A program made the position numbers and the translations under genes. DNA of 64,000 nt from Thermogemmata fonticola (GTDB lineage Bacteria > Planctomycetota > Planctomycetia > Gemmatales > Gemmataceae). Below, piece by piece: positions 40,396 to 50,557 of the stretch. The DNA lies in assembly GCF_013694095.1 (NCBI RefSeq), contig NZ_JACEFB010000004.1, forward strand, positions 97,638 through 161,637. Reading direction: 5' to 3'. The number at the start of each line of letters is the position of its first letter. The stretch's first letter is position 1. Below the pieces are notes generated by a model. The model ran no database searches and was not told the DNA's origin. It saw only the letters and a list, made by a program, of their open reading frames with translations.

Positions 40396-43341
40396 ATGAG
40401 TGGGTGGACCGAGCAGCAGCGGGAAGCAATCACGCGCCGGAATACCTCGGTGGTGCTCTCGGCGGGGGCGGGGTGCGGGAAAACATTCGTGCTCACGCAG
40501 CGGTACGTCAGCCATCTGGAATCGGATGGGGCGACGCCGCGGCAAATAGTGGCCATCACCTTCACGGAACGGGCCGCGCGGGAAATGCGGGAGCGCATCC
40601 GGCGGGAATTGCGCCAGCGCTGGCAGCAAAGTTGGCAGCAAAACGATCCGCAGGCATTCGCCCGCTGGCAGACCCTGCTCCTGGAGCTGGAACAAGCCCA
40701 AATCACCACCATCCACGCGTTTTGCTCCGCTCTGCTGCGCCGCTATGCCATCCCCGCGGGTCTGGACCCCTCCTTCACCGTCCTGGACGAACTCCAAGCC
40801 GTCACCTGGCAGCAGGAACATATCCGGGAAACCCTACCCCGCCTGCTGCTGCACTCCCAGGCTTCCGCCGCAGAGAGTTTGCGCCAACTTCTGCACTATT
40901 TCAGCTACTCGGAACTCCTCCGAGCCATCGAGGGATTGCTCGCGCAAGAGGATTGTCCGGCCTGGGAAGAATGGCTGCGACGTTCCCCGGAGGAGATCGT
41001 CGAGTTTTGGCGGGAGCAGGCGGTGCATCTGCGGAGTCTGTGGGTCCGGCACCTGCGGCGAACCGATCCCCGCTGGGTGGCCGTCGAACGGCTGCTGCCC
41101 CGGCTCGCGGTTCACTCCAACTCCCTGGGCCGACTAGCGCAGACGCTGGGGCAACTTCTGAAAGAACTGAGCCAGCCGTCCGCCTCCCCGGACACCCTGG
41201 ATCGCCTCCGCGAGGCCGCCCGCATCCAAGGCATCCCCCGCAAAGACTGGCCGGATGACACTCTCAAGGAACAAACCAAGACAATCCTGGCGGACTTCCG
41301 CGAGGCCCTGAAGCGTGACGCCGAGACGTTCGACTCCCAGCTCTGGCAAACCGAGGCCGAGGGAATCCTCCAGGCCGCCCGGATCAGCCAGCACTGGCTA
41401 GCGGTCGCTCTCTGGGTCGCCAAAGACGCCCACCGGCGCAAAAGCCAAGACGATGCCCTGAGCTTCCAGGATCTCCTCCTGCGCTGCCGCGACCTGGTCC
41501 GCGACCACCCCAACATCCGCAAGGAACTCCAAGATCAGTACCGCTTTCTGCTCCTGGACGAATTGCAAGACACCGACCCCGTCCAGATGGAATTGATCAA
41601 GTGTCTCTGCGGGGATCAACTGACGAGCGGCAAGCTCTTCGCCGTCGGGGATCACAAGCAATCGATCTATCGCTTTCGGGGTGCGGAGGTGGAGTTATTT
41701 CTCCAGTTGCGCCAGCAGATGCCGCCGGAGGGCCGACTCGATCTGACACGCAATTTCCGCTCCCAGGCCGGGGTGCTGCACTTCGTCAATGCCCTATTTC
41801 GCCAGCATCTGAGCGAGTATGTACCGTTGGAGGCGCACCGAAGGACCGAGGGGAGCGAGGTGCCGGTCGAGTTTCTCTGGGTTGTACCGGCGGTGGCGGA
41901 TCAAGCCGAGGGGAAAGCCGAGAGCAAGGAACAGGAGGAGGAAGCGGGGAAGAAGCCCAGCGAGGAGGGGGAGGAAGACGGGGAACACGAGGGTCCGGCG
42001 AGGCAGCGGCGCCGCCTGGAGGCCGCCGCCGTCGCCCAGCGCATCCAGGAGCTGCTCGCCGATCCGACTCCCCGGCTCTGGGGCCGGGACACCCAGCCGC
42101 GCCGCCTGAGACCGCGGGACATCGTGCTCCTGTTCCGCGCCATGACCCACGTGGACATCTACGAAGCCGCCCTCCAGGAAGCGGGGATCGATTACTACCT
42201 GGTCGGCGGGTGGGCCTTCTTCGCCCAACAGGAGATTTACGACATCCTCAACGTGGTACGAGCTATCGAGAATCCGCACGACAGCATCCCCCTGGCTGGC
42301 GCCCTGCGCTCCCCCCTGCTCCAGGTGTCGGATGACAGCCTGGCGATCCTGGCCCAGCATCGGGACGGCTTATGGGGCGGCTTGCGGGACGCCGCCTGGC
42401 AGCAACAACTGCCTGCTGCGGAACAGGAGGTGGTCCGCCGGGCCGCCCGCCTCTTGCAGCAGTGGCAACGGCAGAAGGACCGCTTGCCCTTAGCCCGGCT
42501 GTTAGGGCAGATTGTGGCCGACACCGCCTACGACGCTGCTTTGCAATTCGAGCCGCTGGGGGAACGTAAGCTCGCCAACCTCTGGAAGATTCTCGATCTG
42601 GCCCGCGAGTTTGAGCAAGGCGGCCTCTTCGGCCTCCATGAGTTCGCCGACCGCCTCCAGGACCTCATCGCCCGCCAGCCGAAGGAGGAGCAAGCCGCCA
42701 CCGTCCCTGAAGAGGCGGATGTCGTCCGCTTGATGAGCATCCATCAAGCCAAGGGCTTGGAGTTTCCAGTGGTGTTCCTGCCGGACCTGGCCGGTGCGCG
42801 CCGCAGCGGCTGGACCGCCCCCGTCCGCTGGCACCGCACCCTGGGATGCCTCGTCCAACTCCCCAGCGAATGGAAAATGCTCCCGGAGGGCCAGGAAACG
42901 CTTCCCTTCTCCCCTCTGCCCTGTCAACTTGGCCAGAAATGGGATGCCCTGGCCGACACCGAGGAAGAATGGCGCATCTTCTACGTGGCCTGCACGCGTG
43001 CCGCCGACCGTCTCATCCTCTCCGCCGCCCTTCAACGACCCCTCGAACCCCACGAGTCTACCTTGCCCCTTCAGCACAACCCCTGGACCCTCTTGCTGGA
43101 GGATCGCTTCGACCTCATCCATGGCGTATGCCGAGACCCGGCGGAGTCCCTCCAGGTCCGCGTGCGTTTCGTGGAAGCCCGCCAACTTACCGCTTCACCC
43201 CTCGACATCACTGCGGGCACCCACCCCAACTCGGCCACCGAAGCTCGCTCGGAAATCCCCGCACGGGGAATGCCCGCAGAGATAAACCCTAACGTGGCTA
43301 CGGAACCCAACCCCCTCCGAACCGATCCCTTCGCCTCGTGA
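40396..43341 (+). CDS. UvrD/PcrA/AddA-like superfamily-1 DNA helicase
   Basis: 'EQQREAITRRNTSVVLSAGAGCGKTFVLTQR' Walker A, 'FTERAAREM' motif Ia, 'LLLDELQDTDPVQ' DExx motif II, 'VGDHKQSIYRFRGA' motif III, 'MSIHQAKGLEFPVVFL' motif V. ATG at 40396 (alternative GTG at 40390). Confidence 0.75.
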   Translation: MSGWTEQQREAITRRNTSVVLSAGAGCGKTFVLTQRYVSHLESDGATPRQIVAITFTERAAREMRERIRRELRQRWQQSWQQNDPQAFARWQTLLLELEQAQITTIHAFCSALLRRYAIPAGLDPSFTVLDELQAVTWQQEHIRETLPRLLLHSQASAAESLRQLLHYFSYSELLRAIEGLLAQEDCPAWEEWLRRSPEEIVEFWREQAVHLRSLWVRHLRRTDPRWVAVERLLPRLAVHSNSLGRLAQTLGQLLKELSQPSASPDTLDRLREAARIQGIPRKDWPDDTLKEQTKTILADFREALKRDAETFDSQLWQTEAEGILQAARISQHWLAVALWVAKDAHRRKSQDDALSFQDLLLRCRDLVRDHPNIRKELQDQYRFLLLDELQDTDPVQMELIKCLCGDQLTSGKLFAVGDHKQSIYRFRGAEVELFLQLRQQMPPEGRLDLTRNFRSQAGVLHFVNALFRQHLSEYVPLEAHRRTEGSEVPVEFLWVVPAVADQAEGKAESKEQEEEAGKKPSEEGEEDGEHEGPARQRRRLEAAAVAQRIQELLADPTPRLWGRDTQPRRLRPRDIVLLFRAMTHVDIYEAALQEAGIDYYLVGGWAFFAQQEIYDILNVVRAIENPHDSIPLAGALRSPLLQVSDDSLAILAQHRDGLWGGLRDAAWQQQLPAAEQEVVRRAARLLQQWQRQKDRLPLARLLGQIVADTAYDAALQFEPLGERKLANLWKILDLAREFEQGGLFGLHEFADRLQDLIARQPKEEQAATVPEEADVVRLMSIHQAKGLEFPVVFLPDLAGARRSGWTAPVRWHRTLGCLVQLPSEWKMLPEGQETLPFSPLPCQLGQKWDALADTEEEWRIFYVACTRAADRLILSAALQRPLEPHESTLPLQHNPWTLLLEDRFDLIHGVCRDPAESLQVRVRFVEARQLTASPLDITAGTHPNSATEARSEIPARGMPAEINPNVATEPNPLRTDPFAS

Positions 43342-43414
43342 CGGAAGTATGGAGGCGTCCCCGACAACTTTCCAGCTTCGACACCAGATTCTGAAAACGG
43401 CGGGCACCGCGGCT

Positions 43415-44806
43415 TCAATACTCAGCGTGTCCCGGATAGCGTGGGAAGGGAATGACATCGCGGATGTTGGTCAAGCCGGTGAGGAACAGGAGGGTCCGCT
43501 CCAGACCCAAGCCGAAGCCCGAATGGGGAACGGAGCCATAGCGGCGCAGGTCGAGGTACCAGCGATAGGCCTCGCGGTCCAGCCCTTGCTCTTGCAAGCG
43601 TTCTTCCAGGACCTCGTAGCGGTCCTCGCGCTGGCTGCCGCCGATGATTTCTCCCACACCGGGAACCAAGACATCCATCGCCCGCACGGTCCGGCCATCG
43701 TCGTTGACCTTCATGTAGAACGGCTTGATGGTGCGGGGATAGTCGTAGAGGATGACCGGGGCGCGGAAGTGTTCCTCGGCCAAGTAGCGCTCGTGCTCAC
43801 TCTGGAGGTCCTTGCCCCATGCGATGGGGAACTCCCAGACGCGGCCTGCCCGGCTGAGGATGTCCACGGCTTCGGTATAGCTAATCCGCTGGAAGGGAGT
43901 TTCCAGCACGTGTTGAAGCCGGGGTAGCAGATGCGGATCGACCCGCTCCTGGAAAAACTGCATATCCTCGGCGCAGTCCCGCAAAGCATCGGCGATGATG
44001 CGCTTGAGGAAGGCTTCGGCTAGGTTCATGTTGTCGGCCAGCTCGTAGAAGGCCATTTCCGGTTCGACCATCCAGAACTCGGCGAGGTGGCGGGTGGTGT
44101 TGGAGTTCTCTGCCCGGAAGGTGGGGCCGAAGGTGTAAACCTTGCCCAGGGCGCAGGCATAGGCTTCCGCCTGCAACTGCCCGCTGACGGTCAGATAGGT
44201 CGGCTTGCCGAAGAAATCCTGGGTGTAGTCCACCCGTCCCTGCTGCCGGGGAAGGTGCTCCAGGTCCAGGGTGGTGACGCGGAACAGAGCGCCGGCCCCT
44301 TCGCAATCGCTGGAGGTGATGATGGGGGTGTGAATGTAGTAAAAGCCGTTCTCGTGGAAAAACTGGTGAATGGACAGGGAAACGCGGTGGCGGAGGCGGG
44401 TCACCGCACCGAAGGTGTTGGTCCGGGGCCGCAGGTGGGCAATGGTCCGGAGGAACTCGTAAGTGTGGTTCTTCTTCTGAAGCGGGTAGGTGTTGGGGTC
44501 GGCATCTCCGAGCAATTCCACCTGTTGGGCCAATAGCTCGGTGGCCTGTCCCTTGGCCGGGGAAGCCTGAATCACCCCTAGCGCCCGAATGCTCGCCCCG
44601 GTGTGCAGATGCTTGACGACTGTTTCATAGTTAGGCAGACTCGCCGGCGCCAGCACCTGTAAGTTGCCCAAACACGAACCATCATTGACCTCGATGAAAC
44701 TCAAGCCCGCTTTGGAATCTCGCCGCGTCCGCACCCAACCCCGGATGCACACCTCCCGGCCGATCGCCTCCGGACGCCGCGCCTCGACGACACGTATCGT
44801 TTCCAC
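43415..44806 (-). CDS. asnS: Asparagine--tRNA ligase
   Basis: '[25 protein letters not shown]' N-terminal anticodon-binding OB domain. Class-II motifs 'FRAE', 'GGSQRE' and '[10 protein letters not shown]'-type C-terminus. GTG start at 44804-44806 with 'aggagg' RBS 6 nt upstream. Confidence 0.9.
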   Translation of the reverse strand: METIRVVEARRPEAIGREVCIRGWVRTRRDSKAGLSFIEVNDGSCLGNLQVLAPASLPNYETVVKHLHTGASIRALGVIQASPAKGQATELLAQQVELLGDADPNTYPLQKKNHTYEFLRTIAHLRPRTNTFGAVTRLRHRVSLSIHQFFHENGFYYIHTPIITSSDCEGAGALFRVTTLDLEHLPRQQGRVDYTQDFFGKPTYLTVSGQLQAEAYACALGKVYTFGPTFRAENSNTTRHLAEFWMVEPEMAFYELADNMNLAEAFLKRIIADALRDCAEDMQFFQERVDPHLLPRLQHVLETPFQRISYTEAVDILSRAGRVWEFPIAWGKDLQSEHERYLAEEHFRAPVILYDYPRTIKPFYMKVNDDGRTVRAMDVLVPGVGEIIGGSQREDRYEVLEERLQEQGLDREAYRWYLDLRRYGSVPHSGFGLGLERTLLFLTGLTNIRDVIPFPRYPGHAEY

Positions 44807-45760
44807 AACCTGCCTCCTGGAAATGTCTGGAAAACCTCACCCACCAGTTTCCTCGGTGGTTCGAACCAACCCTTCCACCCTTTCCCAGCGGATGGCTCTG
44901 TTGAAACTCTTCCCTCCCCGAACGGGAAATCTCTCCTCAGCCCGACGGAACGAGAACGAGAATGAGCCAGAAGGCGAGAGAGATTACCGCCTGCCATCAG
45001 CCTAGCGGACAGCACTCGTGAGGAAAAGCTGCTTCCCTGCTGCCGCGATGTCTCGCCATTCCTCATCTTACCCCACCTGAAAACCCGAAACTTCCCCACT
45101 ATCTTTCAAAGGGTTGTACCGAACTTTCGGGAGGGTTGTATCAAAACCCAGAGTCTCGCCTCTGGAACCCGGAGTCTCCCCTTCTGGAAAGGTCAAGGAG
45201 GTGGAATGGCCAGCAAGCGGATAAAAAAGTCAGATTTGTCCCCTTGCTCCAAGGGGAAGGGGGGGTATAAGGTGACTTTGTGAAAAGAGCGGCAAAGTAG
45301 GGTTGACGTTGCCCGCGTGCCAGCATAAGCCAGCAGCAGCCGCCGCGGTGTGAGGTGAGCGTACACGACGGTTCGGGAGGAACAAGAGAAGCCGCGAGAA
45401 GGTTTTATCCGGTGCGCCGCCGGTGAGCCAGGAGGTGCACCCAGCCATCGCGGCGAGTTTTTTCGCCAGGCTTGTCGCAAAATTCACAAGCCCCTGTTGC
45501 CGCCGCGGAGCGAGATACGGTTAGACTTTCAGCCGGAGAGATGGCACCGCATTCTCGGCTAGCAGCAGGGTAGGCTCCGAACGAGGTGAACCGGCGGACG
45601 GAAGACCTCCCAGCAAACTCCACGGTCTGTGCCGGCCAGATGAAGTCGAGCCAGCCAGACGGAGTCGAACCAACCCAAAAGGAATGTTCAGCTCGCGCTC
45701 TCGGCGGGAGCGGCTAGGCTATCTCGGACCGAAAATCGCCTCGATTCCTACGGCTGGCGG

Positions 45761-46132
45761 ATGAGCCGGTTGTTGTGCCGAGGTTCGCGGGGTCGGGTGC
45801 TTCAGGGAGAGAACGACGTGGAACCGGACATTACGGCAGCGTCCCGTTACGGAAACGATCCCAACGCTTCGTATGTGCTACGCGGCCTGGCCGGGGCTTC
45901 GTGCGGCATGGGATTTTTCAGCCTGATTGTGTTCTGGTGGACGCCATTTGGCGGTTTTCTGGCCACGGTGGGTCTCGCTTTGGGCCTTTTCTGCTTGTTC
46001 CGAGGCGTGCGGGGTGGACTGCGCGGCGAGCGCTACGCCCTAGCCGGGACCGCCCTCTGCGCCACCAGCCTACTGATTGCCTTGAGCCTCAATCAGGCCT
46101 TGCGCTACATGATGTGGGACAGCACGTGGTGA
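45761..46132 (+). CDS. Small hypothetical membrane protein (two TM helices, DUF4190-like)
   Basis: ATG at 45761. Gly-rich hydrophobic helices 'GMGFFSLIVFWWTPFGGFLATVGLALGLF'. Confidence 0.35.
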   Translation: MSRLLCRGSRGRVLQGENDVEPDITAASRYGNDPNASYVLRGLAGASCGMGFFSLIVFWWTPFGGFLATVGLALGLFCLFRGVRGGLRGERYALAGTALCATSLLIALSLNQALRYMMWDSTW

Positions 46133-46330
46133 CCGCGCATGCCACCGCAGAGGATAGCCCCTGGCCGCGTGGAGGCTTGAGTGGGGGATGGCATGCGGTC
46201 TGAATGACGAGGATTAAGTTGGAAGCGGAACAGCCGGCGGTGCAAGCGATCCGATGCCAGGGCCGGGGTCGTTCCGCAGGACGGGAATCAGGCGTCCGCT
46301 CCCTCCGGGAGTGTTTCGAGGTGGCCAGCT

Positions 46331-47071
46331 ATGCCGCAGATTTTCCCCAAAGCCGTCAATCCGATCGCGCGGGTGGTCGTGCTGGGCTTCCCGTTGCTGC
46401 TCGGCTCCGCGGGTCTGACGGGGGCCGCCTTCTACCGGTCCTCCTACGCGACGGGAGTCGATGAAATCTTGCCGCAGCCGGTGGCGTTTAGCCATGCCCA
46501 CCATGTGGGCCAGCTCGGCATCGACTGCCGCTACTGCCATACTTCCGTGGAGCACTCCAGCTCGGCCAATATTCCTCCGACAAAGACGTGTATGAATTGC
46601 CATCAGCAAATCTGGCAGGGGGCGGATATGCTGGCACCGGTGCGGGAAAGCTACCGCCGGGATCAACCGATCGAGTGGAACCGCGTGCACAACGTGCCTC
46701 ACTATGTGTACTTCAACCATTCCATCCACATCGCCAAGGGGGTGGGATGCGTTGAGTGCCACGGCCGAGTGGACCAGGTGAATCTGACCAAACAGCACGC
46801 CACGCTGCTGATGGAGTGGTGCATCGATTGCCACCGGCAGCCGGAGAACTTCCTGCGTCCGCGCAGCGAGGTCTTCAGCATGACCTGGACGCCGGCCAAA
46901 GGGGGCGTGTGGAAGCCGGAAGACTTCTTCCATCCCGAATCGGAGGCGGCCCAGAAACTCATCGGCCAACCCCGCCCCACCACCCAGCGGGAACTGGGAG
47001 AACTACTCAAGGAACAGTACAAGGTGCGGGACAAGGTCACGCTGACGAATTGCTCGATGTGCCACCGTTAG
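46331..47071 (+). CDS. actA: Alternative complex III subunit ActA (pentaheme cytochrome c)
   Basis: N-terminal TM anchor and five CxxCH motifs (CRYCH, CMNCH, CVECH, CIDCH, CSMCH). Directly upstream of actB through actF. Confidence 0.8.
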   Translation: MPQIFPKAVNPIARVVVLGFPLLLGSAGLTGAAFYRSSYATGVDEILPQPVAFSHAHHVGQLGIDCRYCHTSVEHSSSANIPPTKTCMNCHQQIWQGADMLAPVRESYRRDQPIEWNRVHNVPHYVYFNHSIHIAKGVGCVECHGRVDQVNLTKQHATLLMEWCIDCHRQPENFLRPRSEVFSMTWTPAKGGVWKPEDFFHPESEAAQKLIGQPRPTTQRELGELLKEQYKVRDKVTLTNCSMCHR

Positions 47072-47215
47072 GAGCGTGGCCAGGTTCAGGAGGTGAGCCA
47101 GTAGCACTAGCAGGGTGAGTTGTCCTACGAGGAGCGAACACAGGCGGGGCAGGACAGGATCGCGCGTTTGGCGGCCAGTCTTCCCTAAGCGAGAGATTGC
47201 GGGAGAGAGGTGGAC

Positions 47216-50200
47216 ATGAGCCAGGAGCGGACGGAGCAGCAGCGCGTGGAACTGGGGGTGGTGCCCGCCGGCGAAAGTCAGAGCGCTGCCGCTGAAGCGG
47301 AGCCTTGGCGGGACGAATTCCCCCCCGGTGCGATGGAATGGACCGATGAGGTCAGCCGCCGCCATTTCCTGACGCTGATGGGGGCTTCCCTAGCCCTGGC
47401 GGGCGCTGCCGGATGCAACGTCCGCCCCGCGCCAGCTCGCAAAATCCTTCCTTACACCGTACAACCCGCCGAGATCACGCCGGGCGTGCCCCTCTTTTTC
47501 GCCACCGCCCATCCGCTGGGAGGCTACGGCACCGGCATCCTTGTTCGCAGCAACGAAGGCCGACCCACCAAGATCGAAGGCAACCCCGACCACCCCTCCA
47601 GCCTGGGCGGCACCGATGCCATCGCTCAAGCCAGCCTCCTGGACCTCTACGACCCGGACCGCTCGCAAACCCCCACGCATAATGGCCAGCCGATCGGCTA
47701 CGAACAGGTGATCCAGGCGGTGCGCAAGGAGCTGTACGTTCTGGGGGAACCGAAGAAGAGCGTCCGGCTGCGGATTGTGACGGAAACGGTGACCTCGCCG
47801 ACGCTCGGTGCGGCTATCACCCGCCTGCTCCAGGATTTCCCCCAGGCCAAGTGGGTGCAGCATGAGCCAGTCAGCCGGGAGAATGTCCGGGAAGGCAGCC
47901 GCCTGGCCTTTGGCCGCCTCGTCCACACCCTCTTCGACTTCACTCAGGCGGACGTGGTCTTAGCCCTGGATGCGGACTTCCTCGGCTTCGGCCCCGGCCA
48001 TGTCCGCTATGCCCGCGACTTTGCCCGGCGGCGCAAGGTGCGGACCGACCCCCAGGACGGCGTCAAACCGGAGCAGATGAACCGGCTCTACGCCGTGGAA
48101 TCGATGCCCAGCAGCACTGGCTCGGTGGCGGACCACCGCCTGGCTCTGCCTAGCTCGATAATAGAGTCGTTCCTGCGTGATGTGGCGCGCGAAGTGGGGC
48201 TGCCGAATGTCCCACCCTCCGGGCCGCTGCCGCCGGTGGTGCAAAGCAGCGTCCGGCCCATCGCCGAGGACCTCAAGAGCCGTCAAGGCCGCGTGGCTAT
48301 CGTCGTCGGAGAACACCTGCCGCCTTCCGTGCACGCCCTAGCCCATGCCCTCCATGTCCACCTGGGCGCGGTCGGCAAGACAGTACGTTACACCGAACCG
48401 GTGGAAGTCCTCCCCGAACCCGCCCGCCGGATCGATCTGAAAACTCTCGTGGCGGAGATGCAGCAGAAGCAGGTGGATGTTCTGCTCATTCTCTCCAGCA
48501 ATCCCGCCTACACCGCTCCGGCGGATGTTCCCTTTGCCGAAGCCCTGCGTTCCGTGCCTTTCAAGTTGCATCTGGGCACCCATCAGGACGAGACAGCGGT
48601 GCTCTGTCCCTGGCACGTTCCGGAGGCACATTATCTGGAAACGTGGGGGGACATCCGCGGACACGACGGCACCGTGACGATCCAGCAGCCACTGATCGCG
48701 CCCCTCTACGGCGGCAAGTCGGCCCTAGAGCTGCTCGCGGACATCACCGCCGCCCCCTATCGGGAAGGGTACGACATTGTGCGGGACTATTGGCGCAAGC
48801 GCTTCCAAGCCGAGAAGCGCAGCGGCATCTTCGAGGTGTTCTGGCAGGAGTCGGTCCGGCGCGGGACAGTCGCAGGGACGGAGGCTCCCGCCGTCACGCC
48901 GACTCTTCAGAAGGATTGGCTAGCGCAAGCCTCCGTGCCTCCGGGGCCGCCCGTCGAGGGGCAATTCGAGTTGAACTTCCGCCCCGATCCGCTGCTTTAC
49001 GATGGCCGTTACGCCAACAACGGCTGGCTCCAAGAATGCCCCAAGCCGGTCACCCGCATGACTTGGGACAACGCTGTGTACATGAGTCCGAACACGGCGC
49101 AAAAGCTCGGCGTGAAAGTCAACTTCCGCTGGACGGGGGGCGAACATGGCCGAGCGGAAGTGACGGTCGTGGAATTGAAGTATCGGGACCGGACAATTCG
49201 CGCGCCGGCGTGGATTCTGCCTGGCCATGCCGACGGCTGCCTCACAGTGCACCTGGGGTTTGGACGCACGCGGGCCGGCAAGCACGTGGCCAGCTCCCCG
49301 CAGGAACCGAACGCTGAAGGCAAGCCGGTCCGCGGCTTCAACGCCTACGCCTTGCGCACCTCGGACGCTCCCTGGGGAGGCCGCGGCGCCACCGTGGAAC
49401 GCACATCCCAAACCTACTACCTCGCCTGCGTCCAGGGGCGCTGGTACTCTGCCCAGCGTGATCCCATCTCCGGTCTGGAAATGGACCGCAAGCCCGTCCG
49501 CTACGGCACCCTGGACGACTACCGCCGCTTCCCCCAGTTTGCCAAAATCCCGCCGATGGCCACAGGCGAATGGGAACTGATCAACGAAAACGTCCCCATG
49601 CCCAAGGGGTACTCGCCAACGGGCCATAACGGCCACAGCCACACCGGTCACAGCCACAACGGCCATGACCACGCTCAGCAGGGACATAAGGGTGAGCACA
49701 ACGGCAAGGCGGGTCACGGCACCGACACCCATCAGCATGATGAAGACAACCACCACGATCCCCGCCTGCGTCCTCTGACGATGTACCACCCGATGGAGAC
49801 GCTCGCGCCAGACCTACGCCCGGAACAGCGGCGGCGCTGGGCCATGGCGGTGGACCTATCGGCATGCAGCGGCTGCTCGGCCTGCGTCATCGCGTGTGTC
49901 AGCGAGAACAACACACCCGTGGTCGGCAAGTACGAGGTGACGCGCGGGCGCCTCATGCACTGGATCAACATTGACCGTTACTACGTGGGACCGGAAGACA
50001 AGCCGGAACAGTTGCAGACCTACTTCCAGCCACGCATGTGCGTGCAATGCGAAAATGCCCCCTGCGAGGTGGTCTGCCCGGTGGGAGCGACGGCGCACTC
50101 CAGCGACGGCCTCAACGACATGGCCTACAACCGCTGCGTCGGCACCCGCTACTGCTCCAACAACTGCCCGTACAAAGTGCGGCGGTTCAACTTCCTGACC

Positions 50201-50557
50201 TATTCGGACTGGTCCACGGGTACCCTCAAGCTGGGGCGCAATCCGGAGGTAACCGTCCGCAGCCGCGGCGTGATGGAAAAGTGCACATTCTGCGTGCAGC
50301 GGATTCGCTATGCCGAGATCGTGGCGGAGCGCGAAGGGCGGAGCATTCGGGACGGGGAGATCGTGACGGCCTGCCAGGCGGCCTGCCCCTCCGGAGCCAT
50401 CGTCTTCGGTGATCTCAACGATCCGGACAGCGTAGTGTCCCGCTGGAAGAAGGAACCGACCAACTATGGTTTGCTGGCGGAACTGAATACGCGGCCACGC
50501 CTGACCTATTTGGCGGCGCTGCGTAATCCGAATCCCGCCATGCCGAAGGGGGCATGA
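47216..50557 (+). CDS. actB: Alternative complex III subunit ActB (molybdopterin-oxidoreductase-like + 4Fe-4S ferredoxin fusion, Tat-exported)
   Basis: Twin-arginine signal 'SRRHFLTLMGASLALAGAAG'. C-terminal FeS motifs 'CSGCSAC', 'CVQCENAPCEVVCPVGA', 'CSNNCPYK', 'CTFCVQR'. 1115 aa. Confidence 0.85.
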   Translation: MSQERTEQQRVELGVVPAGESQSAAAEAEPWRDEFPPGAMEWTDEVSRRHFLTLMGASLALAGAAGCNVRPAPARKILPYTVQPAEITPGVPLFFATAHPLGGYGTGILVRSNEGRPTKIEGNPDHPSSLGGTDAIAQASLLDLYDPDRSQTPTHNGQPIGYEQVIQAVRKELYVLGEPKKSVRLRIVTETVTSPTLGAAITRLLQDFPQAKWVQHEPVSRENVREGSRLAFGRLVHTLFDFTQADVVLALDADFLGFGPGHVRYARDFARRRKVRTDPQDGVKPEQMNRLYAVESMPSSTGSVADHRLALPSSIIESFLRDVAREVGLPNVPPSGPLPPVVQSSVRPIAEDLKSRQGRVAIVVGEHLPPSVHALAHALHVHLGAVGKTVRYTEPVEVLPEPARRIDLKTLVAEMQQKQVDVLLILSSNPAYTAPADVPFAEALRSVPFKLHLGTHQDETAVLCPWHVPEAHYLETWGDIRGHDGTVTIQQPLIAPLYGGKSALELLADITAAPYREGYDIVRDYWRKRFQAEKRSGIFEVFWQESVRRGTVAGTEAPAVTPTLQKDWLAQASVPPGPPVEGQFELNFRPDPLLYDGRYANNGWLQECPKPVTRMTWDNAVYMSPNTAQKLGVKVNFRWTGGEHGRAEVTVVELKYRDRTIRAPAWILPGHADGCLTVHLGFGRTRAGKHVASSPQEPNAEGKPVRGFNAYALRTSDAPWGGRGATVERTSQTYYLACVQGRWYSAQRDPISGLEMDRKPVRYGTLDDYRRFPQFAKIPPMATGEWELINENVPMPKGYSPTGHNGHSHTGHSHNGHDHAQQGHKGEHNGKAGHGTDTHQHDEDNHHDPRLRPLTMYHPMETLAPDLRPEQRRRWAMAVDLSACSGCSACVIACVSENNTPVVGKYEVTRGRLMHWINIDRYYVGPEDKPEQLQTYFQPRMCVQCENAPCEVVCPVGATAHSSDGLNDMAYNRCVGTRYCSNNCPYKVRRFNFLTYSDWSTGTLKLGRNPEVTVRSRGVMEKCTFCVQRIRYAEIVAEREGRSIRDGEIVTACQAACPSGAIVFGDLNDPDSVVSRWKKEPTNYGLLAELNTRPRLTYLAALRNPNPAMPKGA

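Noticed and set aside
45640-45680. tmRNA/tRNA-like T-arm 'GGTTCGACTCC' on the minus strand
   Set aside because: I could not build an acceptor stem, D-arm or CCA context, and no downstream tag-peptide reading frame ending ...ALAA-stop was found. Reported only as part of the candidate ncRNA region.
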